64,000 nucleotides of DNA from Podarcis filfolensis (Eukaryota), in assembly GCA_964270895.1 (NCBI GenBank), contig OZ185443.1. The stretch is one strand, 5' to 3'. Position 1 is the first letter of the stretch, and each line of letters starts with the position of its first letter. The position numbers and the translations under genes are program-made. Of the stretch, positions 45,751 through 59,511 are shown one piece after another. The notes beneath the pieces are model-generated. The model was not told where the DNA came from. It did no database searches and worked only from the letters and a program-made list of their open reading frames with translations.

Positions 45751-46110
45751 CTGATATCACACACCAAATGCTGTTATCACACACCCAACACTGATATCGC
45801 ACACCCAATGCTGATATCGCACACCCAACACTGATATCGCACACCCAACGCTGATATCGCACACCCAACGCTGATATCGCACACCCAACGCTGATATCAC
45901 ACACTAAACACCGATATCACACACCCAACGCTGATATCGCACACCCAATGCTGATATCGCACACCCAATGCTGATATCACACACTAAATGCTGATATCAC
46001 ACACCCAACGCTGATATCGCACACCCAATGCTGTTATCGCACACCCAACGCTGATATCACACACCCAACGCTGATATCACACACCCAACACTAATATCGC
46101 ACGACCAAAC
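45751..46110. repeat. Minisatellite, 18 x 20 bp (CTGATATCGCACACCCAACG consensus)
   Basis: Units start every 20 nt from 45751 to 46091. Confidence 0.97.
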
Positions 46111-46573
46111 CAGACAGCATTCTATCGCTTTCACTCCTGACTCTCCTCAACTCCTCTGATCAAAAGATGCTCTAAGCCAAGCTGGCAGTTTTAGAACACG
46201 GAGGGTGGGACAGTTGGCAGTTATAGATCACTGCAGTTGCTGCAACTAATTTGCATCTGATGTTATCTGTCAAACTGAAGCCTTGCGGTTGCAAGGAAGG
46301 GCTTGCAAATACAGGAACATAGGAAGCTGCATACATTTAATACCATTTTTCACTGGCATAACATTCAGCCTACATTACACCCATCTGTGATCTACTACAA
46401 ATGTGAAAGTGAACTGAAGTCTAAGTTCAAGCTACATCAAGAATATTCTGTTCAGCAAATAGTTATCTGTAAGCACCGGTGCAAAAATATTTTATTGGGG
46501 GGAGGGGTTTAAGAACATAAAAAAGAAGTTTTAGATCTCTCAGGAAGGACCACTGAATTATGTAACTACTTAC

Positions 46574-46710
46574 CTCTTCTCCATCATTTAGAACTATGGT
46601 CCCCGCCCTTTCTACGACTGCAAACACCATCACAGCACAGAGTTCTCTCCTCACTGACATTGTCATATTAGCAAAAGCGGGTAACTGATGCATGAATTCC
46701 AGGAGTTGTT
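46574..46710 (-). CDS. RAPGEF2: RAPGEF2 exon (cNMP domain): (E)[26 protein letters not shown]...LNDGEE
   Basis: 137 nt, AG/GT, phase 1-0. Confidence 0.97.
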
Positions 46711-47027
46711 CTAAAGAATAATGAACTCACTGAGTTAAACATATATAAGCAATGACAAGTACTTGATAATGAGATTTTAGGAATATGCCATGGGATTCTA
46801 AGCTTGTATTATTCCACAATGTGTTGTGTACTGTATTTTCATTATATTCTACAGGTTTAACAAGTCATAAATCATACTACATTTCAAGCATTTTACAACT
46901 TCCTTTTGTTTATTATATTAAAAATCTTTTTTTTGTTAAAGTGTCATTTAGTAAAATTTTGGAAAATAAAATACATGTTAAAGAAACTGCAAATGCCACT
47001 AACATCTTCCTCTGATGGGTTTCTTAC

Positions 47028-47205
47028 CAATATCATCATCTGTCCTGTCTATTGGGTCTTTCTCCAGGCAATCTCTAACAATATCCCTGCTCATTAGAGG
47101 ATCAGAAGCCCTCTCAATATCCTCTTCATCATCATCATCCTCAGAATCCACTGCTGTCTCTGGTAACCCACTCAGATCCATATCGCCAGCTTCACTCTCT
47201 GTGGC
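47028..47205 (-). CDS. RAPGEF2: RAPGEF2 exon: [31 protein letters not shown]...RTDDDI
   Basis: 178 nt, AG/GT, phase 0-1. Confidence 0.97.
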
Positions 47206-50200
47206 CTGAAATGATCATTAAGTATCGAGAAAAAAACATTCAGAGGCCTCTTATAATACTAAACACAACTCAAAACATGTACATGAAGCGAATTTAATAT
47301 TTACTCCACGGACAAGCCAAGGTTCATTTTTTCTCAGCACTTTTCCATTACCTGTGGGAAGTATATAACAGGAATTCACTGTATTTTGGGTAAAGTAGAC
47401 ACACCTGGAACATACTTAAATCGAAAGCAAGATTAATATATTTGTGGGTGCTGCTTAGTCCCATTTTCAAACCCATTTAAGTATTACATGTTCGCGATGA
47501 AACCTAGAACACTGACATCAATTAATCACTCACTTCAGTCATGAACTCAGCAGGTGAGCACCACCAAAGGCAAAGCAGAGCTACCAAGAAGCAAATGGGA
47601 TGCTTCAGCATGCTTTGGGGAGCTCTTATGTTTTGTAGAAGTACAGATAATTTTCAAGAACAGAAACCTAAGAGCCTCTACCCCTACTCCATGCAAAGGA
47701 ACAGCTCAATGAGGACTTGGCATGCTCACTGGCCACAGAATAATGTCTGATTGGGGCAGAAAAATTGGGGTGCTGCTGGAATGCAATAGGGTATCCTACA
47801 AGAGGACATGGATGGAACCATGAATAGAAAAACTCCACGCTGCAGCATCTGGATGCAGGTCACATTTGTATCGTAAAATTGCAAACAGCCAGTCTATCAG
47901 ATATGGGAGTTAACTTCCAGACACTGTACGTGTACCAGAGGGGAAGAACACTATCTCCCAATTCTAATCTGCTCTGTCGATCATATGGAAATCAGAAAAT
48001 CCAGCCAACACATGGCTTAAGGTCATTAATAGGTACCTAGAGGTGAATACATTTTATTATTTCAGTTCTAAGATGAAACACTTAATAAATCCCAAACATA
48101 TTTGCCTGCCGTCTGAAATAAAGCTGCTTTTTCTGCAGAAGTAGATTTAATGCCACAGCATCTGCTAAGCTTCAACTGTTATGATTTGAAGACGATGAAG
48201 ACTATTGAGAATGCTCTGTAAACCATTGCTTTCCAAACTGATGTTTACTAGACTTGGGGCTAAAATATTAAAGGTCAGATAGCAGTAGAAAAGGTCAAGT
48301 ATGTTTTTTTTTTTAAAAAAAGTTAATTTGAGATATGAGATTATATGAGATGCACATGCTAGACTTTCCACAGATATTCTATCCTTATAGAATTTTAAAA
48401 AGTTGTTTTCAATTGACAGCTGAATAAATGCTCTAGCATAAAAATTGTGGATTTGACACTCTAGCCAAGCTATTCCAAGTATTGTACTGAAAAGACTTTT
48501 CCTGCTGGAACAAATTTATCTGCCCCCCCCTAAACTTTTTGTTTTAGTCTTAACTGATAGTCCCTTTTCACTTATAGACTCCATTTAGAGGTATTAAACC
48601 ATTAACCACCCAAATACACTGTGCTTTATTTCAGCCCAATGATGTGGCCATGCCAGATTTGTTCAGCTAATCTAGTATCATCTACTCTAACAGGCAACAG
48701 GTTTCCAGGACCTCAAGTTTTATCTCTGGTTAAAAGCCATTTTAGCAGAAACTCTAAGGTCCATAAACATGACCTAGTATACAGTCACTTTCTATGTTTC
48801 TTGAGCAAACAAATTATTAGCCATGTTGAACACAAACTATACTATTTGCATAGACTTTATCTTTAAGGATCATAGACCGCATGCTTCTGTAAACCAGGAG
48901 GCGGCAGGAGAGGGCTTTTGCACTCATGCCCTGCTTGTGAACTTTCTATTGGCATTGGGGCTGGCCACTGCAGGAAACAGGATGCTGTGCTACAAGGGTG
49001 AGAAAACTTTCTGGCCAGAGAGTCAAATTCTTATCCTCCCACCCCTGCTGGGCCAAATATGACAGGTGTGGGGGGCTTCACAGTGCAGAATCCTGATCGT
49101 AGGGTATTTGCAGTGCACTTTGAAAGCTTTTTTGGCAAATAGCCTTGCACTGTTGTTTAAACCTCTGCAGTTCAGAAAGACCTTTCTATGATGCAACGGA
49201 AACACTTGTCTAGATGCACCCTAACTGAAAGCAAATATTCAAAAATTGAAATGAAGCAACAAGACCATGTCAATTGTATAATATTCCTAGTGACAGATTA
49301 TTATACATGCCTTTGCTTCCTAAGCCTAGGCTTTAATTATCAGCCACTGCTCTGTTTCAAGGAGTTCGTCAGGATTAGCTTTTGCTGTATTTGTGGACTA
49401 GTACAAATGATACACACAACTTCAAACTGAATAAACTGTACTGGGGTGGAAGAATTCAAGTTCAAGCAATCTGTTAAGCATCTAGGTATGTAGTGAAATT
49501 ATGTCAAATTGGAATATCACTTGTGTTAAGTTTGGCTGAATATGATGAAGTTTCTCTTTTTTTCTTTTTTGGGTGTATGAGTATACTTAATCAATTTATT
49601 AAAAGCTACCTCTGCAGGGTGGCCAGGTTATATGGACAGCTGATGATAATGCCATTAGGTCAGACCATGCATCAAAGTCCAATAAAAGGTTATGACCACC
49701 ATATGGATGCATAATTATTCAAAAGTGGTTCATGGCAGCCTCTACATAAAGACCACATTTTTTAAACTGGCACCATAACATCCATTTATTATTTTTTCAA
49801 TAGGTAACAAACGAGGAAGGTAAGTGCCCCTTAAATTAGTGTGGCCAGGCACCGTGGTGTACTGGTGTACTGACAGCTCTTAACATCCAAATTGAAGTCT
49901 AAATCATGAGGTATGGTGACTGCAGCCTTTGGGCAATGTGGGGAAGGTATTGGATGTTTGGTTACCTAGTATTATCCATCCAATTGCCACTGTCAGTATT
50001 TTTGAAGATACAATCTAGCCTTAAAGGCCAGGAATTTGTTACGGACGTGGAATTTGGGATAGCACAACATTCCAAGGAAAGCTTGAATGCTACACAATAC
50101 TACTGTTTTGCAGGGCAGAGAGCAAACTGCTTACCCTGACCCTGCAAAAGTATTAGAATTTTTCAGTATATTCAAAGGGACCTCAATGACCTCTTACAAA

Positions 50201-51999
50201 TAATGATTGTAGGAGATTTCATATTGGCAAGTAATTCTTGTTTTAAATGGATTTGTCTTTTATGTATAACACATGACATACAATTTTAGAAACAAACATG
50301 AATATTTAAACAGGAATATTCTCAGATTATTGCCGAAAGCATCTCAAGATTCAGCTTCATGATTTATTCAACTCAAAAGGACGTCTATGAATATATTTTC
50401 ATTGCATAGTTGCTCTTAAACCTGCAGTATTAAATACTTCATATGAAGCAAATACTGGAAAGAGTTAACTGAGCACACAACACCATAAGTAATATTTGCA
50501 GCTACTATTTTTTACTCCATAATCAAACATAAGGTGAACCATTACTTCTGGGTGTGATTTGTGAATGTCTCCATAAGAAGGTGCCCAAACAACTAAAGGA
50601 AGAAACCACACTAACAAAACCCACAGTGTAGTCAGTAACATTAATATGTACATAATTTACCATTTTAAAAAGAATAAGTATAATATATATGGATATCAAC
50701 CTTCTGAGAACTACAAAAGTCTCTTATCTTCCACAATTCATTTTCTAGTTCATTTATTTGTGTCTACTAGACTATGTTAAATAACAAATGATGGATAGTA
50801 GTTTTTATTAAGTGCTTGTTCAATTCAATAAAGTAACATACTCATCTATTTCCCAACCTATAAACAAAGTTACCTGCAACAATGTGAAAACAGAAAGTAG
50901 TCTCTAGTACAGCACCACAGAACAAAACAAAATATGCATTTTAATTTCTATTGCTCACATGTCATAAACAACTACTAATTCTACATAAGCATAATACCAG
51001 CTCTCTCAAATACTTTACTGCCCCCTCCTGAGACTGTTGCCCTTTCCTTTCAAATTACTTTCTTCCACACACTTCTCACTGGAGGTTACTGTGGTGGTGG
51101 CCTTTGCACTCCCAAATTCTCCCTGCTTCTGCTGACCTCTCATTCCACTGCCTCCCAAATTCATTCCACAAAAATCTGTTCCCCTTTGCATGTCATCTCT
51201 ATATTTCTATCCTGTATCACCTCCTGGCCACTCTCAACTTTCCATTCAGACTCTGACAACTTCTGTACCTTCCTCTTGAACTTAACATTCATTGTCTCTG
51301 TGACACAGCTGCTTCCCATCTCCTGTCCCTCATTCCTTCTATGTTTGCTTTGGGATGCATTCCCCAACATACGACTTTGGGCATTTTCTTGTTCTCTACT
51401 TCACTTGGAAATGCTCAGCTTGTGCCACAGAGTTCATCCAATCTGAGCAACACATTCTCTCCTTCAACATGCACACTCTCTGCCTTCTGTATATTCTACT
51501 TCTTGCTCCATTTGTCACCTGTAGTCAAGTGGTGAAAGGCTTTCTTGGAAACATTGCCTAGTTCTCTGCCATGTCTCCCTTATGCTCTTCAGGGGTTAAG
51601 TACAGTTCATCAACCAACTCTAGATTTGTTTGCCCCAGCTCTCTCAACTAACTATTGACCCCTCTAAATACCCCAGCCTTTAGCCAACATCCTCAAGTCA
51701 ATCTCTTTGAGTCAAACAACACATAATGATGAATACATAGCCTAATGATATGTGGTCATTTTTAAAACAGCTGCTGCCAGGAGGAAAGGACAATACAGGT
51801 AGGATCCTATTGTGTAGGAGGAAGGTTAACCCTTCCCCCTTGCATTATGTTTCCGACATACATTGCATACCAGTTTACTGTTTCTCACCAAACTAAGGGG
51901 AAAATTTTGCTTGGACCAAAATGCGGGTGTAAAGGGTAGATCCACCTCACACACATGGTCCTGATTTACTCATGTAAATGAGAATTTCTGTTCATCACA

Positions 52000-53330
52000 C
52001 AATCATGAACACAGTATCCAAAATGCACATCTTTCCTCTCATTTCTAGCTATTTTGCCTCTTAAACCTACTTCAACCAATTTTTGCTTTCTCTTTGGTTG
52101 ACCATTATGTTGTCCTTTATTACCTGCCCCATGATCCTGACTCCTGGGTGTCGTATCTTTTTATCACAAATATCCTTCCACATATTAAATTTCTCCACAT
52201 CCTCTGGCTCTTTCCTTTCTGCATTTAAATATGCCTCTCTTTTTCACATTCTTAAAAAAATAATCTGAGCTTTACCCTTTGCTTTCGAATCACTGGACTG
52301 TGCCACGTACTTCCCTGTCTTAAATTTCTCTCAATTCCTCTCAGAGTTCCCTGTAATCTGGCTTCTACCTCTTGAACTCCACTGAAGCTACCCTCATCAA
52401 ATCACTCCTCAATGCCAAATCCAAAAGGTCTCTATCTATCTTCTTCTTCTTCTTCTCATTGGTGCCTTTGTTGCCTCTAATACAGTTCATTACTTTTTCT
52501 GCTTCGCTCCTTTTACGTACTCTGTTTCTATGGCTCTGTTCTTAGCTGGTTTATTTCCTATCAGTCTAATTACTCGATCACTGTTTCCATAGGGAAAGTT
52601 CTTCTCTGCTGAACCTCCACAGGGAGTTATTCTCAGCCTTCTGCTATTTTCTCTAACTATACTGTTCCTTAGTGACTTCATTAAACTTTGTGGCTTTCAG
52701 TACACACTGATGACACCCAACTCTACCTCTCTGCCCAATAACATTCCTTCTACATACAATCCTTCATTTCCAACTGCTTTTTGGTTTCCCTGTTTTATGT
52801 TTCATTGTTGTCTCAATACATACAGGGCTGAACTTTCCTACTGAACCTTACTGTCTTTGCACATGCTCCTTATCCATTGATAAGATTACTACCCACTTGT
52901 TGATCAGACACTTGCTGATCAGCTTTGTGTTTATCTTTAATTCCTCCATTCCATTTTATACAATCTGTTAAGTCAAGTTGCTTCTCCCGGTACAACATTA
53001 TGAAAATAGCCCCTCTGACTTTTGTGCAGAAGTTTGGTTCATGCTCTAATCATCCCCAAACTTTAATTGCTACACTATTCTCCTCTCTAGCTTGCTGTTG
53101 TCACATTTAGCCCTCTCTCATCTCCATCCTCTATTTTGCTGCCAAAATCATTCATTGACTAGGCTATAAAACCACCCTCCCATAACACCTGCACTGGCTG
53201 GCTCTTACCTTAACCATCCTTACCCTCTCTGCTACTGCTTCCATGTTGAACATTAGATTTGTTAGTTCCTCCTGGTAGAGACCTGTACTTTGTTATCTTA
53301 TAAAGCACCATACACATTATGGCACAAGCA
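52000..53330 (+). mobile_element. Old L2 LINE, reverse-transcriptase region remnant
   Basis: Around 52617-52730 reads PQGVILSLLLFSL...DFIKLCGFQY..(A)DDTQLYLS, the degraded PQG...YADD signature. C/T-rich; boundaries approximate. Confidence 0.65.
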
Positions 53331-56191
53331 TAAAGGAAATTGACTAGATACTTGCAGAATAAGGGGCACATGAACCAACGTACTAAGTATGAAGAAAAGA
53401 CTTTGAGATGACACAAGGCCAATATCCGTAAGTACAACTCTAATGGGATAAAGATACTGTATTCAGGATCACTTATTCTGCAAGAAGCCTCCAGATGTAA
53501 AAGTATTGAACAATGTAGCTTTCTTTATATCTCAAGATTGTGTATTCCCTTCTTGGTTCAGCTTTTTGATTTGGCTTGTAATTTTGGATGGTTCACTGCA
53601 TCAGAAGAGCAAGACTAAACAAATGCCTGGCTGCTCAATTCTGTTGTAATTCAATGCTTAATAAGGTCATCCAGATGGAGGGAGTCCCTAAAGGAAACAG
53701 GTTAAGCAACAGACCTGTTGGAAACAAGGAAAACACTAGGTACCCCCTTGATTTGGGGGACAATAGGGTATAAATAAGTCGTGAAATTGCACTAGTTCCC
53801 TGAGTTATCATCTAGACTGAATATCTTGGCTAAATAATCAGTGCTATATTGTAATAGTCACATGATACAGCCAAAGACTGAAGCCATTATATTAATATTG
53901 TTGAATCAATATATGTTTGCCTAGTCTATCACTTACAATGATTTTATCTTCTGGATTTAGTTCGGCCAAAGGCTATCTTTTGCTTTGTTTTTGGTTATTC
54001 CACCTTCAAAACCCCAGGGAAAATTAAGCTGCTCTTTGAATTGCTTATTATTATTTTTAAGAAAAAAAGTATCAAAGAAGTGAGAAAGTGTGGAGAACGT
54101 CTCATGGGTAGGTGCACAATTTTGTTGTTACTTTCAAGTTGGCCAAGGCATGTTTCTTAATGTTCTTTCAATCATTCTACAAATCATCTCGCTGGTACTC
54201 TATCTACCATTCTTCAACCTTCCTGTGTGTTTTCCTTTTCTGGAAACTCCTTAAATTCTCAGCTGGACTCAGCTGTGTACCTGACAACTGCTCATTGTTA
54301 TGGTTTTAAGTGAAGGCCTTTTACTTTTAAATAAATCAGTGCTGAGAGGCATTAAAAGGTAAAAGGAAAGACTTCCATTAAAAAGCAAAATCAGCAAGTG
54401 CACCATGCTCAGGAATTCAGTATCCAGCCTCCCTTTCCCACCACACTTCATTTAAAGTTCAGTAGAAAATGTTGTGAGGTAATTCCTCCTATGGATCAAA
54501 AATCCCAGGCAGACAGAGAGACTGTGGAGTGCTAATAAATATTTAAAGTATAGAGAAATGTACACCCAAACCATGGACACCTTGGAGCAATAAAGTAAAT
54601 TCTAAACCCTGTGCTCACCAAAAATTTCAAAAGAAATGCAAAAGTGTCCTGAGAATGGGGGAGGGGTGCCTCTTTTCACAGGTTTTTGTGTGTGTGTGAA
54701 ACTGGAGGCAGCATTTGGCTAATGTGCCTTTGTCTGCGTTTTCCAGTAAGCAACTAGGACAGGTGATCCCAAAGGATGTGATATGCACTAATTATTTGAT
54801 TCATTTTAAGGTTCACCAGTAAAAAAACACATTGGCCCTAAAAATACAGTGTTTTGCTTCCAGGAATCCCATTTGCTTCACACTCTATTTCGGCTAGTTT
54901 CCTGTTGCTGGGAGTTAGCTAGTATAGGGAAGGTTTGATCTGATAGTATATTTAGAACATATTGTTCACTGGACACCAAACTTATCACTTGACAATTATC
55001 AGTTCAATGGAGTTGACCAGCAAACTGGCCCAATGATTTCCAAAACTTTAAACTAACCTACAGACTGCTTGAAGTGCCCCACAGGCACAATATGTCTAGC
55101 TGCAGATCTGCAAAGGCAGAGGAGGGAAACCCTGCTTTTTCAGGGGTTTCACTTGAGCTTCAGGAAGTACCAGCATCACAGTCTCTGCCTACCATGGGGA
55201 GGGGAAAGCCGCCTTGCAAGACCCGAACATAGGTTTTCCTCATCTGGTGTGGGAAAGCAGCGAGGAGGAAGAAGCCTATTTTACAAGCACCATTAAACTC
55301 AAGAGAAGCCTCTTTCACAGAAGATCAGAAAACAGAAGGGAAAATCCTGTTTTTTAATTCCACTGTGAAAAGGGGTTTCTCTTGAAGACACATTGCTTGT
55401 AAAATACCAGCATCTGTCTCTCCAGCCCCTGAAATGGCTTAAAGCGGCCAAGTGCTGTTAGAACCAGCCACCTGCCTCTGTCTAAAGGGAACATGAGGGC
55501 TGGCTTAAAGCAGCAAAGTGTCATTTGACCCAGTCTCTCCCATTCTTTAAAGAGCTGTTTCAAACAGCATTTTGCTCTGCTTCTCCTTTCAGCAGGAGGA
55601 AGACAGCAGTGGTACTCTCTCCCCTTCATCCTTAAATAAGCAGGGAAGGGGTTCTAAACCCTGTCCTCTTGCCCAACAGTTGGTACCACCAGCAACATCA
55701 GCTGATGGGTGGGTGTAGCTTGGGAAAAATGGAACCCCTTAAGTGACCCAGGGGCTGGCAGTTCCATTCCCCTGATTACATTATAGTTCTTCCACAAGAC
55801 TAGAGCAAACAATCTTCACACAATCGCCATAACCATTCTAGATCACATCTTTGTATTCCAATCAATACAAAAGCAGAGGGGTCAAACTGAGCTGCAGACT
55901 ACATATCTATAATCTGACCCTCACCTTCTCACAATATTTGTTTTATTGTGGGACAATCAATCCCAACCTTTAGTAATTACATCCTACATTTATTCTGAAT
56001 TCTAACTTTTTTCCCTTAGGCATTTCTTAATGTACAATTTAAGACATAATCATAGAATGAACTTGCAGAAATGCCCCACCACTATCACCAACGGCTGTTT
56101 ACTTTGTTCTTCGTGACAATGTTTTAGACTCTGAAAGTGTTATGAACCATATCCCTAAATCTACTAATTATTTCCCATTACCTTACATACT

Positions 56192-56341
56192 AGAAACATA
56201 GGAAGCTGCCTTATACCAGCTCAGACCATTAGTCCATCTAGCTCACTACTGTCTCTGCTGATTGGCAGTGGCTCTCCAGAGTTTCATACAGGAGTCTTTC
56301 CCAGTCTTATAAGGAATGCCCGGGATTGAACCTAGGACCAC
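56192..56341 (-). mobile_element. Squam3-type SINE
   Basis: AACATAGGAAGCTGCCTTATACCAGCTCAGACCATTAGTCCATCTAGCTCA..., the reverse complement of the Squam3 tail and body. Confidence 0.8.
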
Positions 56342-57141
56342 TAGCACAACCCTTCTCAAACTGTATGTAATGTGCTTACATTGAAACATGTTTAGTCCCA
56401 GGCTAGGCTCTTCCTGTTCTACTTCACTTTCTAATCTGAGTTGTAATTATTTTAACCTGCTGTTTCTAATCATTTATTTGTTTATTTCATGTCTGCTCTT
56501 GGCCTGCACTGGGAACTATTTGGTTGAAGGGCACTTGATATGTTAAATATAACAGTAAACAAAAACAGTGGAACAAATAGTAAGATGTCACTTGTAGAAG
56601 GTTAACTATTTCATGTGCATGCATGAGTAAACTGATTGAGCTGTTCAAAAGTAAAGACCCTTTTGTAAGAAACAAGTTTTATTTATGACATCTGGATAGT
56701 TTGCCTTCCACTTAAATGGATGGCAACCCATTGTGAAATTGCTATGACTGCACTGAAATAACAAAGCATGATGTTCCCACCATTATCTTCATATTATCCA
56801 GATTTCTACCAAATTACTAATTACCCAGAGTAAACAAGGTCTTCCTCCATTAAGCATGTAGGAAAGTGTGTATCTCAATCAGTAGGGCTATAAAGTGGCA
56901 TTTGCCTCCAAAGGTTCTAACTGGCATTTGCAAATGAATCTGTTTTCTAATAAAAAAATTAAAAAAATACATGAACACAGAATAGGGAAAGGAGATGTAT
57001 GGGCGTGGGTATAAGATTCTGTAGACTATGAAACTAACCACTACAATTTAACCGAATGCTCCCAATCTCCATGTAGTGATTTTGCTGGTTGCCATTTTTA
57101 AAATGCTGACTTAGCTCAATTACAACTGTTCACTATCATAC

Positions 57142-57273
57142 CTGGTAGATATCAGACAGGCTGCTGCTTCCAGAGTCGCTAGTGATACTACATCCTGAAT
57201 GACTAGATGAAACGTGGGTCACCTGTGGGTGGAGACTGTCAGTAAGGTGCAGTTTTGTGAAATCTGCAGGAAG
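57142..57273 (-). CDS. RAPGEF2: RAPGEF2 exon: [44 protein letters not shown] (most 5' coding exon found)
   Basis: 132 nt, TCTACAG acceptor, GTATGA donor, phase 0-0. Confidence 0.97.
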
Positions 57274-59019
57274 CTGTAGACAGAAACAGAAAAGGCATAA
57301 TTAAATTGTGTACCTAAGCATTCACTTCATAAACATTTGAATGATTAACAGTACTCATCAGTACTAAAACCATACAAAATTCATTAAGCAAATCCTTAAG
57401 GACAGAAGGGTTGAGAGGGTGTTTCAAATGTATGCTTTGTAAATATGTGACAAACATAAACATTACTATAGCTGTTGCTGTAAATGTAAGAATGGAATAT
57501 GACTTGCTAAGAACAAACCCTTTAGCGACCATTTACTCATGATTCCCACTGGAATCATGCAAACGGTCTCAAAGGAATCAGTGGGAGTTACCATGACTAT
57601 ATTTAGGATGGTAGTCACTGGCTTTTGTGAGATGAACACCTGTTAATGTACAAATACTTGTGCCAAGTAGGGTTGAGGGAGCAATGCTTAAATATTGGAA
57701 TATGTTTCAAACTTGTTTGATTCAGTTTTTAGAAACTAATGAGAAGTGGGAAAATATTACTTCATTTGTGAGGCAGAAATGCAAAACTATAGCTATGTAT
57801 CATGCAACATGTAAGCGACTGAAATTGTGTTAAACAAAGAAAGCTCTGAAATTTCTATAGTCTGGTTTTTTAAAAAACAAAACATGATGCTCATGGCTAG
57901 CATAACCTCTCAACTGCTATGTTGTTGTTTAAACACAGGTTGGTTGACAACGTAAAATACTTTTTTGGGGGGGTGGTACTATTTTTTTCTAAGCAGTAAT
58001 CTGAAGTAACAAATAAATAGTAAAATAATTTATCTCTCTAACCCTTAATTGTTCATTCAGAACCTATGTTCATTTTATGCTTCTCCCATAGTTCACAAAT
58101 TTCCAGAGGAACCAAAAGATACAGACCCCTGTGATGCATGCATACTTAATAAGAATTTGGAGTTAGTTTCCCAAGTTTTAGACATCCTTACCAGTGGTTT
58201 TTCTGGAAAGTTCCCACACTCCAGACCCTCTCATTCAATTAGAATGAAAGTGGATAGGGGAGTGCATGGGACAAGAATAATAAACTTGCCTTTGCTATCT
58301 GCTCTAGCTACTTTCTTTGTTTCCAGTTCCCCTATAGGAAATGAACCATCAGAAGATGAAGCTCAGCTAGATTAGTCTCTATCTGGTTGCCCTCTACCCA
58401 AACTATGGCTTTTAAAGAAGTTACAAGACACTACTGAAAAGCATGGCTCCAAAGAGCCACACAGTCCTCTTTAAATATTTCCACAGCTGAGCCTGAAGCA
58501 ATTCAGCTGATATTGACAGTGGGAGGTTATGGAAGAAGCTACTACTTGTCAGCTAAGCACAGTAATAAGATCATTCCAAAGCACTTCCCCACTACTAGAT
58601 TCTACTTTTGAAATGCAGAGCCTACATAAGATCACCGTTTCCATTGTAGAGAGCAACATCTCCCTACATCACCTAATAAGAACACTTATACAATCTTGCA
58701 CAACTCTAAACCTAATCTACCTTGCCTAGTTTTTCACTTAAGAATCTTATTATATTGTTTAACTAAATCATTGCACACACAAAATAACATCCATTAGTAC
58801 AATGGAACTTCCCTTCTCCTACTCACCCTGCCCCCTCAAACATGCCCCCAGAGCATATTTTGGGGTAGCGCAGGGAACAGGCGGTAAGTGAAAAGGAATG
58901 GAAAATTACGTTCCCTTTGCAGAAGTCATTCCACACATACACAATAATTTAGTTGGATACAACTCTAAATATCTGCATGTTAAACTAAGTGCATAAAACC
59001 CCCACTTCTTGAACTGCTC

Positions 59020-59322
59020 ATATGTAGACCTAAGACAAACCATGGCTAAGTGCAAACATGTGGGTTCCTCAAGAGGAGATTATGGCCACTTTGGTCCTGC
59101 TTTGGCCCTGCTGCACTGCAGCAAACTAATTCATGGCTTGGCTTCATGCTGCAAACAAGGTTTGTTCTTGGTTTATAACTCGTTGCTTGTCTGGAGAAAA
59201 CAAACCACAAGCCATGGTTTAAATGAACACACTTGATAAATTCACAGCAGTGCAGCAGGACCAGATAAGATTAGCTACAATCTCCTCTCTGGGAGGCTGA
59301 ACACACAAAGCCATGGTTTGGC
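59020..59322. mobile_element. Palindromic MITE-like element
   Basis: AACCATGGCT...AGCCATGGTT and CCTGCTGCACTGC...GCAGTGCAGCAGG inverted pairs. Boundaries approximate. Confidence 0.55.
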
Positions 59323-59324
59323 GT

Positions 59325-59327
59325 ACA

Positions 59328-59397
<70 letters not shown>
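59325..59397. repeat. Compound (AC)n(AG)n microsatellite
   Basis: Direct reading. Confidence 0.97.
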
Positions 59398-59401
<4 letters not shown>

Positions 59402-59471
59402 CTTCACAGGTCAAAACGTTTACAGAATACCATCACCATGTATAGAGAATACTACAATGTAGAGTTATGAT

Positions 59472-59473
<2 letters not shown>

Positions 59474-59508
<35 letters not shown>
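59474..59508. repeat. (GT)n microsatellite
   Basis: Direct reading. Confidence 0.97.

Positions 59509-59511
<3 letters not shown>

Noticed and set aside
45539-46110. Repetitive ORF, or CRISPR-like array
   Set aside because: Eukaryotic head-to-tail 20-bp units with no unique spacers; the ORF is simply the repeat translated.
19479-47209. Plus-strand ORFs overlapping RAPGEF2 exons (e.g. 19479-19895, 32338-32631, 47015-47209)
   Set aside because: Antisense shadows of coding exons.
49965-50015. Exon-like segment ending CTAG|GTAACC
   Set aside because: Poor acceptor, 49-nt length out of phase with the flanking exons, no other support.
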